This document shows positions 1 to 7,464 of a DNA stretch of 10,962 nt, in pieces. The stretch covers positions 1 through 10,962 of the forward strand of contig JBAXJR010000063.1 of NCBI GenBank assembly GCA_037137755.1, in the 5' to 3' direction. The first letter of the stretch is position 1; every line of letters begins with the position of its first letter. A model generated the notes under the pieces. The model was not told the DNA's origin, did no database searches, and saw only the letters and a program-made list of their open reading frames with translations. The translations under genes were made by a program, and so were the position numbers. The stretch is from Methanomicrobiales archaeon (GTDB taxonomy: Archaea > Halobacteriota > Methanomicrobia > Methanomicrobiales > Methanospirillaceae).

Positions 1-851
1 TTCAGGTTGCCCCAGTTTTTGAGCATAATATATTGGACATCCTGCCCGGCTGCTACATCGTGAGTGATACGCGTTGATCGCATAATACCCGGTTTAAGTT
101 TCTGGATACCTGTTTTCTCTTTTATCTCCTTGATACGTTTATCAAATGCACCCTTTGTCATGCGGTTACGGGGTTCATGCAAAGAGATGAAGACCGGGTT
201 ACTACCCTCTGCCTTACCAGGATAATCTTTCTGCCATTGCTCGATATGCGGTATTGAAGAGGTGTATCGGATCTTCCGCTGCCGTCCCGTCTTCGCCTTG
301 GTATCAATATAATACCCCATATCATCATGCATCAGGTCTTTCCAGTCCAGGGAGAGGGGTTCTACAATGCGGTTACTGCCATCGTAGATCATACTTATCA
401 GGCACCGGTCCCGGCTATTATCACAGGCTGCGAGGACGCGCATGACTTCTTCTTTACTCAGCATATCTTCCGGGCGTTTGCTCTTCCACTGGAGTTTCGG
501 CAAATCAATGGACCTTATTTTGTTCATGTCGATACCCGGCCCAAGGAATCCCGCGAACCACTTTAAGAGAGATACTAATAACCGCTGGTAATTATCGGAA
601 TACCCTTGTTTTTTTATCGCGGTAACAACCTGGAGAATATGGGAAGTATTACAATCAATCAGTGTAATTCCTGTATCATGAAAGATTTTCGTCAGGGTGA
701 CGAGGAAAAAATATCTGTTGCGGTAGGTGGCATCGGTAACACTTTTCATGGCGGCGTATTCAGCCATGCAGGTGTTGATGATCTTCGCCTCTTCGGGAGA
801 GAGAGCCCCGGCATCAACCTTCTCCGCAATGTAAGTGATCATCTCTTTCAT
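1..851 (-). CDS. Tyrosine recombinase / integrase, 3' end beyond the window edge
   Basis: Translated by hand from ATG at 851; open for 283 codons to the edge (MKEMITYIAEKVDAG...MLSKEEVMRVLAACDNSRDRCLISMIYDGSNRIVEPLSLDWKDL...KAKTGRQR...KLKPGIMRSTRITHDVAAGQDVQYIMLKNWGNL). Box I Arg (DGSNR), catalytic Lys (KTG) and box II Arg (IMR) are recognisable. The Tyr nucleophile would lie outside the window. Absent from the ORF track, presumably because it has no stop codon here. Confidence 0.88.
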   Translation of the reverse strand, partial: MKEMITYIAEKVDAGALSPEEAKIINTCMAEYAAMKSVTDATYRNRYFFLVTLTKIFHDTGITLIDCNTSHILQVVTAIKKQGYSDNYQRLLVSLLKWFAGFLGPGIDMNKIRSIDLPKLQWKSKRPEDMLSKEEVMRVLAACDNSRDRCLISMIYDGSNRIVEPLSLDWKDLMHDDMGYYIDTKAKTGRQRKIRYTSSIPHIEQWQKDYPGKAEGSNPVFISLHEPRNRMTKGAFDKRIKEIKEKTGIQKLKPGIMRSTRITHDVAAGQDVQYIMLKNWGNL

Positions 852-959
852 ACGGGGTTAGTTGAGTATCATGGATAATAAAATATGTTGTAATGGCAGA
901 GCAGTTGAAAACCTTCATATGGTAAAGGTAGAGGACTGTTAAGCCAGGGACCAGTTCAG

Positions 960-1847
960 ATGATCGTCGCTCGTGAACTTACAAAGATCTACACGAATGT
1001 ACCGGCACTCGACCATATCTCCTTTGATTTCAAAGAGGGGGAGATAATCGGTGTAATCGGGCATAACGGGGCAGGTAAGACCACGCTGCTCAAAATACTG
1101 TCAGGCCTGATCACCCCGACATCCGGCGAGCTTACCATGAACGGCATCGACGTGGTACAAGACCCGGATGGTATCAAGGCAACCCTCGGGTACCTGTCTG
1201 AGGAGTCACGGTTATATGAAACAATGACCGTAGAGGACTACCTCCGTTTCTTCGGGGAGATCTATGGTCTCGACCTGGAAACGATTACCAGCCGCCGGAC
1301 CCAGCTGCTGGCGGCCCTCTCACTGGAGCCGAACGGAAAAAAGATTGGCGAATTTTCAAAAGGAATGAAACGGAAGGTCGCCATTGCGAGGTCCCTCATG
1401 CATAATCCTTCTGTCCTGATCTACGACGAACCTACCTCGGGACTCGACCCGATGACATCACGCTATATAATAGGATTCTTACGAGACCTCCGGTACGAGA
1501 AGAAAACGATTGTCCTTTCGGCCCACAACCTCTTCCAGGTCGAGACAATCTGTGATAAAGTGATGATCCTGCGGAGGGGGAAGATGGTCGCCATGGGGAC
1601 CATGAACGAGCTCCGCGAGATGTTCGGATCGATCAGTTACACCATTACGTTTACTATTGATGATATTAACGCGATCAGGGGGTGCAGGGAATATACATTT
1701 GAAGGTGGCCTTTACAAGATACCGGCTGATTCAATTGAGGAACTGAATACCTGCACGGGCATCATCTCCTCCAGGGGGGGCCGGGTCGAGAGGATCGAGT
1801 CACATTACCCGAGCCTTGAAGAAATGCTTGTGAAGGTTGGAAAATAA
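960..1847 (+). CDS. ABC transporter ATP-binding subunit (ABC-2/multidrug type)
   Basis: Walker A GHNGAGKTT, signature FSKGM, Walker B LIYDEP and H-loop SAH, plus a C-terminal extension ending PSLEEML. Confidence 0.95.
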   Translation: MIVARELTKIYTNVPALDHISFDFKEGEIIGVIGHNGAGKTTLLKILSGLITPTSGELTMNGIDVVQDPDGIKATLGYLSEESRLYETMTVEDYLRFFGEIYGLDLETITSRRTQLLAALSLEPNGKKIGEFSKGMKRKVAIARSLMHNPSVLIYDEPTSGLDPMTSRYIIGFLRDLRYEKKTIVLSAHNLFQVETICDKVMILRRGKMVAMGTMNELREMFGSISYTITFTIDDINAIRGCREYTFEGGLYKIPADSIEELNTCTGIISSRGGRVERIESHYPSLEEMLVKVGK

Positions 1848-1848
1848 G

Positions 1849-1909
1849 GGCTTTGTTGAAACCCTGAATGTTAAAAAAAGAAGGAATACGTATGACAGGA
1901 GGGGGTTTC
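1849..1909. mobile_element. IS5-family-like (IS903-type) terminal inverted repeat remnant
   Basis: GGCTTTGTTGAA (1849-1860) matches the first 12 nt of the IS903 IR as I recall it (GGCTTTGTTGAATAAATC). On the minus strand it reads ...IQGFNKA, similar to C-termini of archaeal IS5-family transposases. No partner IR or transposase was seen in the window. Confidence 0.5.
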
Positions 1910-2318
1910 GTCGAATAGGAGGGAGGGATTGCTTCCTCTCCCCCTTCCAGGAACCGTACCTGCAACTTTCACTGCATACGGCTCGCGCAATTCACAACCC
2001 GTTGGTCGGGGGCGGAACGAAAAAGAATGAGAGTCTGGTCTGAATCCGGCGTCGTTTTACCAGATTCCACTTTCTTTCCTGTGTCGCCTTTGCAATCCGG
2101 GTTTGAAGCCTGTTAATCGGGGATTTTATCTCGTTCCAGTTAATGGAGTTCCATTGCTGTTCGAGTTCCTGATCAGTACGCTTCTCGCCGTTTGGCGTCG
2201 TTGAATATCGTACTTTCACGGGTATACCTTCCTTTCTTGCTGTGAATTAACTGTCCTACGTGGGCACCATTTCAGGTTGAGACATATGCCTCTATCTTGC
2301 CTGTTACCGGATACCCAT
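1910..2318 (-). mobile_element. Group II intron remnant (CL-like): 3' end intact, RT ORF mostly deleted, 5' domains apparently missing
   Basis: Minus strand has the 34-nt domain V GAGCCGTATGCAGTGAAAGTTGCAGGTACGGTTC (1984-1951) with AGC triad and GAAA loop. A domain VI hairpin follows, ending CCTATTCGAC at 1910 (AY terminus, A at -7). An RT N-terminal fragment lies upstream. The boundary at ~2318 is approximate. Confidence 0.9.
1992..2219 (-). pseudogene. N-terminal fragment of a group II intron reverse transcriptase (RVT_N region)
   Basis: WNSINWNEIKSPINRLQTRIAKATQERKWNLVKR fits the W-x-x-I-x-W...LQ-x-RI-x-KA N-terminal motif of intron RTs. Similarity stops at about 2051. No RT core, YADD, maturase or endonuclease domain. 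GTG start preceded by AAGGAAGGT. Confidence 0.88.
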
Positions 2319-2486
2319 GCGGCGGTAGGGATATCCCGAACGAATGATAAAATGATTTGATTAATTATTAACTGGCCTGGATACTTTTCCTTTGATATTA
2401 CAGTTCGCTTGCGATCCTATTTCCAATAAGTCTGCCAAGATCTATCAGATTATTAAAAAAGATGATAACTAATCTAATTGCCCCGT

Positions 2487-2948
2487 TCACAGTTCCCGGG
2501 AACAGATATACCTGATCTCAAACCCCGGGATGGTCAGGTCACCGGACAGGACTTTCCTGCCCCCACGGAAGAAGAACCGTCCGCACCGCGAACACTTTTT
2601 AGGTCTTACCTGGTCAACCAGTTTCATAGGGATGTCGAATTCAAATTTTGTCCGTGGGAATTCGCCAGGGCCCGGGTTCAAACAGCATTCGTCAAGCCCG
2701 GTAATGAGTTGCATCACCTGGAGCGGGTTTACGCCCAGGTCATCGAACTTCTTGAAGATAAAGTAGTTGAACACCAGCCACGAGAAATCGCTACGTTCTA
2801 CTATCTCGTCCATTTCCCCTGACTGGTCCACGAAGTCCTCAAGTGTGCACCCGCAGAGCGGGCATCGTCCCCTGACCAGTTCATCAAGGAAAACTTCCTC
2901 CTGGCATCCCGGGCATGTTGTGTGAGGAGCGAGCATACGTGAAGTCAT
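2487..2948 (-). CDS. Hypothetical Cys-rich (zinc-ribbon-like) protein
   Basis: 153-aa ORF with CPGC...CPLC at the N-terminus, CSRC and a C-terminal Cys, and an acidic linker. A TATA-like TTTAAG lies upstream on the minus strand at ~3021-3026. Confidence 0.8.
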   Translation of the reverse strand: MTSRMLAPHTTCPGCQEEVFLDELVRGRCPLCGCTLEDFVDQSGEMDEIVERSDFSWLVFNYFIFKKFDDLGVNPLQVMQLITGLDECCLNPGPGEFPRTKFEFDIPMKLVDQVRPKKCSRCGRFFFRGGRKVLSGDLTIPGFEIRYICSREL

Positions 2949-3325
2949 AGTGGTTCATTTCCAAAAGATTGGGAGGCATTTGATGCCTCGCTATTGCTTT
3001 TTCTATTGGATCCAGGCATACTTAAACCTATACGAAGTGGCCATCTTTCAGCAGTAATGGTTAAAATCGCGGTAAATATCGGCAATACGGCGATGAACTG
3101 TATGTTGTGCCTGCACCATATTCCGGAGACGACGGGAAGGCTGGAAGGCAGACCCCGGAGCGCATACATTGTATCCCATGTACCTGGTAATGAACAGAAA
3201 AACAATCCCTGGTCCCTGCTGAAAGATGCGATTGAAACGTATAAGTGTCGGATGAGCAGGCAATGTTTTTCCCGGCAGCGGTTGCAATGAAAAGGTTCAT
3301 GCTCAAAGCCCTCTCAATTCTCGCC

Positions 3326-4126
3326 ATGGAGATCCCAGCGGTACCATGTGCCTGCACGATTGCCGGGTCTGACCCATCAGGCGGGGCTGGGATTCAGTCT
3401 GACCTCAAAACATTCAGTGCACTGGGTGTGTGGGGCCTGTCGGTTATCACGGCGGTGACCTCCCAGAATGCAAAAACTGTCAGGGGGACCTGGAATGTAC
3501 CTGAAGAGGCTATACGGTTACAACTGGTGACACTCCTGGAAGATTTTGATATCAGGGCGTTTAAGACCGGGATGTTGCCCGACCTTGGGGCCGTCGCTGC
3601 CGTGGTATGGACGGTTCCAAAGGGTATACCCCTCGTTGTGGACCCCGTGATGGTGTCATCAAGCGGGCGCCCCCTGATGGACACGGATGCAGTGAGCGAA
3701 CTGGTAGAAACACTCGTTCCAAGAGCAACACTTGTTACACCAAACCTGCCCGAAGCAGAGGTGCTTTCCGGGTATGGGCCGATCAGGTCAGTTGACGATA
3801 TGCGGGCTGCCGGCCGGTGTATTCTTGAAAGCGGTGCCTCTTTTGTGCTGGTGAAAGGAGGGCACCTCCCGGAGGCGAAGGGTGTTGTTCCGGACCTGCT
3901 GATTGGCCATGGGCATGAATGGCTATTATCCGGGGAACGCCTGCCATTTGAAGCACATGGTACCGGTTGTTGCCTCTCTTCCGCGATTGCTGCATATCTT
4001 GCTCTCGGGAACGATGTTCCTGCCGCATGTGCTGCAGCAAAAGAGTTTATCGGGCATGCCATTGGCGCATCCTATACCACGAAAAGTGGATGCCATATGG
4101 TAAATCCCGGGTATGGCGGAGCATGA
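3326..4126 (+). CDS. thiD: Hydroxymethylpyrimidine/phosphomethylpyrimidine kinase
   Basis: TIAGSDPSGGAGIQSDLKTF, KTGML, VVDPVM, LVTPNLPEA, LVKGGH and HGTGC are ThiD motifs. ATG 3326 is preferred over the ORF-track start at 3245 because ThiD similarity begins a few residues after it. No C-terminal ThiN domain. Confidence 0.95.
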   Translation: MEIPAVPCACTIAGSDPSGGAGIQSDLKTFSALGVWGLSVITAVTSQNAKTVRGTWNVPEEAIRLQLVTLLEDFDIRAFKTGMLPDLGAVAAVVWTVPKGIPLVVDPVMVSSSGRPLMDTDAVSELVETLVPRATLVTPNLPEAEVLSGYGPIRSVDDMRAAGRCILESGASFVLVKGGHLPEAKGVVPDLLIGHGHEWLLSGERLPFEAHGTGCCLSSAIAAYLALGNDVPAACAAAKEFIGHAIGASYTTKSGCHMVNPGYGGA

Positions 4127-4210
4127 AATGATCAGCTACCTGATATATATTCATCCTGCGGATACTAGTTGTTGTACTGGAAGGATCAGGGAATCAAATG
4201 GTAGGGGGAC

Positions 4211-5245
4211 ATGATGGAACCAGATAATAATCAACTATACCGTGCAGTTTTTGAGCAGGGTACGGATGCAATGGCCATAGTGGATACTACAGGGGTAATA
4301 ATCCTCATCAACCGGAAGGTGCTTGAAATAACCGGTTATCCGGATGGGGGCGAACTTCAAGGCAGGAATAGTACCCAAATCCTTGCCGGGGCCGATCACA
4401 CCATGTTCGGGGAATGCTTGGGTCGGCTGGTTTCTTCCGGTGTGGGAGAGGTTAGGGAACTTGGTCTCCAAAGGAAGGACGGCTCCATTAGAAGAGGCGA
4501 GTTTTTGCTCTCCCTGATCCCGGGAAGTAACGGCGGTTCCGGGATGGTGCTTCTAACATTCCGTGAAGTTTCTGAACGGATACGTGCGGAAAAATCGTTA
4601 AACGCGGCAGTCCGGATGCTGAACCGGTTCAACAGTATTACCCGGCACGATATCATGAACCAGCTGACAATCCTCCTTGGCTATCTTGAACTCTCTCACG
4701 ACATGGTCACGGATGACACGTTAAAAGAGTTCATTTCAAGAGAAGAAGGTGCCGCCGAGACTATCAGAAGACAGGTTGCCTTTACCAAGGATTACCAGGA
4801 TGTCGGTGTCAACATGCCAGCCTGGATTGACCTGTCGGTGGTGATCAGGGAGACTGCATCAATAATTGACCATCCTGGGATGAAAGTTGAAGTTGGGATA
4901 AGCCCGGGGCTGAAGGTCTTCGCAGACCCCCTGATCAGGAAAATTATTTCAAACTTTATTGAAAATACCGTCCTGCATGGAAAAACGGCCAATGCGATCA
5001 CGATTACCTCGCAGGAACAACCTGGCGGACTTGTTATTGCCTTTTCTGACAATGGTGCCGGTATACCTTCCGAGGACAAGGAACTGATCTTCACCCGCGG
5101 CTTTGGCAGTAAACGGGGGTATGGGCTGTACCTTGCGAGAGAAATTCTTGCGCTTACTGGTTTGACAATTTCCGAGACCGGGGAAGCGGGCAAAGGGGCA
5201 AGGTTTGAGATTACCGTGCCGAAGGGCGGGTACCGGGTGGGGTAA
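4211..5245 (+). CDS. Soluble PAS-domain sensor histidine kinase
   Basis: N-terminal PAS/PAC (YRAVFEQGTDAMAIVD...LQRKDGS), H-box RHDIMNQL, N-box NFIENTVLHG, G1 DNGAGIP, F-box IFTRGF, G2 GYGLY. No obvious transmembrane segment. Confidence 0.93.
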   Translation: MMEPDNNQLYRAVFEQGTDAMAIVDTTGVIILINRKVLEITGYPDGGELQGRNSTQILAGADHTMFGECLGRLVSSGVGEVRELGLQRKDGSIRRGEFLLSLIPGSNGGSGMVLLTFREVSERIRAEKSLNAAVRMLNRFNSITRHDIMNQLTILLGYLELSHDMVTDDTLKEFISREEGAAETIRRQVAFTKDYQDVGVNMPAWIDLSVVIRETASIIDHPGMKVEVGISPGLKVFADPLIRKIISNFIENTVLHGKTANAITITSQEQPGGLVIAFSDNGAGIPSEDKELIFTRGFGSKRGYGLYLAREILALTGLTISETGEAGKGARFEITVPKGGYRVG

Positions 5246-5257
5246 AGAGAAGAAAAG

Positions 5258-5514
5258 GGCTCTTCGTCAAACTGAGTGGGTAACATTGTTTAAGACAAGA
5301 TCATGATAATTGGGGCTCTGCCCCAAACTGCGATACGATAGTTCCGCCGCCCCCGAAGGACGCCCCGTCGGCGGTTCGGTAAGTTTACCAAAAATTCAAT
5401 GCATAATTTTATGAAACGTCCGGATTACAGACTAAAATCTCACATTTGCGTATTTATTCATTTATTCCATAATGACTGGCAGATTTGTTTACCCACTTGA
5501 AACGACGAAGAGGC
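5258..5514. mobile_element. ISL3-type MITE (257 bp, non-autonomous)
   Basis: Imperfect TIRs: left GGCTCTTCGTC-aaactg-AGTGGGTAA (5258-5283); right, as reverse complement, GCCTCTTCGTC-gtttca-AGTGGGTAA (5489-5514). Flanked by an exact 8-bp direct repeat AAGAAAAG (5250-5257 and 5515-5522). GGCTCTTCG ends with an 8-bp AT-rich duplication are typical of the ISL3 family (e.g. IS1096). Confidence 0.85.
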
Positions 5515-5608
5515 AAGAAAAGAGAATTTTTCTATTTTTTGTTTTCATGTTGATACGGGATTATAATATATTTTGCTGATAGGGGTGATTGCCCGATTAT
5601 CGTTCGGT

Positions 5609-5809
5609 TCATGCCGTTTCGAACTGTAAATTTTTAAGAGTATCAAGCGCTACTCTCCTGCTTACCCCTAGGAGTTCGATACCTATTACATTATTATTGG
5701 CGTCGAAGTCAAGGATTACACCTGGCTGGACTTCTTCAGATTCTACTATCTTCGATTCGTCGAGGCGAAGATAGAGAACATCATTTTTTTCGTCTACTTT
5801 TAATTTCAT
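5609..5809 (-). CDS. DUF2283-family protein (predicted antitoxin)
   Basis: MKLKVDEKNDVLYLRL...ESEEVQPGVILDFDANNNVIGIELL is the DUF2283 pattern. Its start overlaps the upstream remnant's stop as ATGA. Confidence 0.88.
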   Translation of the reverse strand: MKLKVDEKNDVLYLRLDESKIVESEEVQPGVILDFDANNNVIGIELLGVSRRVALDTLKNLQFETA

Positions 5810-5949
5810 ACCAATCTTCCCAATCCGCGGTCAAAGAACATTGTAACCACAAGTGCCGGATCGAAAGCAGGGTTTATTATCACTCGTAAATACCTGCCCC
5901 CATTTTCGTTAATCATACGAATATAATGAATCGTACCGTCCAGTTTCTG
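5806..5949 (-). pseudogene. DUF4258-like toxin, C-terminal part only
   Basis: Hand translation QKLDGTIHYIRMINENGGRYLRVIINPAFDPALVVTMFFDRGLGRLV*. An in-frame TAG precedes it and no recognisable N-terminal part was found. Translationally coupled to the DUF2283 gene, the usual partner. Confidence 0.75.
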
Positions 5950-6106
5950 CTATCCCACCTGATAAATATTGAGTCCCTGATTGCCAATAATTGAAAAGAT
6001 TCCTGGAAACCTCCGTTGACTCAGTTTCAAGGTTTTAATTTTACACAGACTTCCTTACCAGAAAGGTTATCACATCCTGGCCGGGTATTTACATTCATTT
6101 CCCGCC

Positions 6107-6152
6107 TGAATACATTAAAATCATAGAATTTCATATGAATACAATGTAATCA
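6107..6152 (+). promoter_or_regulatory. Putative RHH antitoxin operator/promoter
   Basis: TGAATACA at 6107-6114 and 6136-6143. The second copy forms the inverted repeat TGAATACA-A-TGTAATCA (6136-6152), ending 3 nt before the ATG. Confidence 0.55.
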
Positions 6153-6155
6153 ATT

Positions 6156-6380
6156 ATGACAACCAGTATCACCGTTCGCTTACCGGATAATTTAGTTGAT
6201 CAGCTTGATGAGCTGGCAGTTTCACTTGAACGTTCCAGGGCATATCTTGTAAAAAAGGCGATGGAGCTATATCTGTCTGAGTATGCAGATTATTTCATTG
6301 CACTCGAACGTCTGCGAGACAAGGATGATGACATAATTTCCTCACAGGAGATGAAAAAACTCCTTGATATTTCGGATTGA
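6156..6380 (+). CDS. Ribbon-helix-helix (CopG/RelB-like) antitoxin
   Basis: MTTSITVRLPDNLVDQLDELAVSLERSRAYLVKKAMELYL is an RHH fold with an acidic C-terminus; overlaps the downstream RelE gene. Confidence 0.9.
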   Translation: MTTSITVRLPDNLVDQLDELAVSLERSRAYLVKKAMELYLSEYADYFIALERLRDKDDDIISSQEMKKLLDISD

Positions 6381-6615
6381 GTATAAGCGCTCTGTCTTAA
6401 ATGATCTAAAGAAGATAGACCGACCGATTGCGGAAAGGATAATCGGGGAGATAGAGTCCGAACTTACAAAAAACCCGGAAATTGGTGAACCACTGACCGG
6501 TCAATTCAAGGGATTGTATACATATCGGGTTGGGAACTGGGGAGTACTATATTCAATCCTCTCAGATAGTGTTCTCATTCTTCGAATCGGTCATAGGAGC
6601 GTTGTGTACAAATAG
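6364..6615 (+). CDS. RelE/ParE-family toxin (possibly attenuated)
   Basis: FRIEYKRSVLNDLKKID...NPEIGEPLTGQFKGLYTYRVGNWGVLY...ILRIGHRSVVY; TTG start inside the antitoxin gene. Confidence 0.88.
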   Translation: MIFRIEYKRSVLNDLKKIDRPIAERIIGEIESELTKNPEIGEPLTGQFKGLYTYRVGNWGVLYSILSDSVLILRIGHRSVVYK

Positions 6616-6654
6616 CATTCTCTATTGCATCATGAACGTGTCTTTCTTCCTATA

Positions 6655-6729
6655 TTTCTTACATTAAATATAATATCTTACTGGTAATCCAATAGATTTA
6701 TTTTCTTACAATTTAGTTAATATCTTACT
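6655..6729 (+). promoter_or_regulatory. Duplicated 28-bp operator-like unit upstream of the AbrB/VapC pair
   Basis: TTTCTTACA-N7-TAATATCTTACT at 6655-6682 and 6702-6729, giving four TCTTAC motifs. The second unit abuts the ATG. Confidence 0.65.
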
Positions 6730-6972
6730 ATGGACATTGTTACCTTGTCATCAAAAGGTCAGATTGTCATTCCCATAAAAGTTCGGAAAAGATTTTCCTT
6801 AAAGACAGGTGACTCACTGGTTATTGTCGAGGAGAAAGATGCTATCCGCCTCCAACCGCTGGTAAACCTATCCGATCTATGGGGTATTGACAACATGAAG
6901 TGCGCCGGGCAAGTGCTCAACGAGATGCGAAAGGAGTGGGACGATGAGCTCGAAGACAAGGCTGCTCTTTGA
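6730..6972 (+). CDS. AbrB/MazE/SpoVT-family antitoxin
   Basis: IVTLSSKGQIVIPIKVRKRFSLKTGDSLVI is the AbrB swapped-hairpin signature; overlaps the PIN gene. Confidence 0.92.
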   Translation: MDIVTLSSKGQIVIPIKVRKRFSLKTGDSLVIVEEKDAIRLQPLVNLSDLWGIDNMKCAGQVLNEMRKEWDDELEDKAAL

Positions 6973-7345
6973 CACGCATGCGTTCCTTGCTTTTTTCAAC
7001 CGCGAGGAAGGATCGGAATGTATCAGGAATCATATGGTATCTATCCAGAATGAGGATACGGAAGGCTTTGTCGCAACGATAACCCTGACTGAACTTGCAT
7101 ACGTCTATGCCAGAAAAGCCGATGCGTCCGTAGCCAGGCTCCGGGTACTGCAGATCCAGCACTCAAAGCTGAACCTTATCCCGCTGACTGCCGAGATTGC
7201 AGTGGATGCCGGCACAATAAAACGACCTGGAATATCGGTAGCAGATGCCATAATTGCGGCATCTGCCCGGTCTGTTGATGCCTCGGTGGTTACAAACGAT
7301 CTGCATTTCTCCAAAATGGGTGTAGATGTAATCGGGTACGCGTAA
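6944..7345 (+). CDS. vapC: VapC-family PIN-domain toxin
   Basis: LLFDTHAF, ITLTELAY, SVADAIIAA and VVTNDLHF supply the four acidic PIN active-site residues. Confidence 0.92.
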   Translation: MSSKTRLLFDTHAFLAFFNREEGSECIRNHMVSIQNEDTEGFVATITLTELAYVYARKADASVARLRVLQIQHSKLNLIPLTAEIAVDAGTIKRPGISVADAIIAASARSVDASVVTNDLHFSKMGVDVIGYA

Positions 7346-7464
7346 ATTTCTGTATCATCATCGTTTTCATTTCACTTCAACCCCGCATTCCAAAACCCAT
7401 TCGGATCCCTTACACATAATGCCGGTAAAACTGCCAGCGATCAAAAAGAGACCAATCTGCTGGT

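Noticed and set aside
254-878. Plus-strand ORFs 254..445, 327..566 and 606..878
   Set aside because: They are antisense shadows of the minus-strand integrase and carry no recognisable motifs.
1762-2043. ORFs 1762..1965 (-) and 1837..2043 (+)
   Set aside because: They cross intron domains V/VI, the IS end and the ABC gene, and are better explained as non-coding structure.
1992-2219. RT fragment as part of a DGR, retron or defence RT system
   Set aside because: Adjacent DV/DVI identify it as intron-derived. There is no catalytic RT core and no TR/VR pair.
2945-3357. Overlapping ORFs between the Cys-rich gene and thiD; possible TPP riboswitch
   Set aside because: No protein motifs, and no TPP aptamer core (CUGAGA) was seen. 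The region is most simply a divergent promoter region.
3394-5286. Long minus-strand ORFs (3394..4062, 4396..4656, 4792..5286 and others)
   Set aside because: They are antisense to the well-supported thiD and histidine kinase genes.
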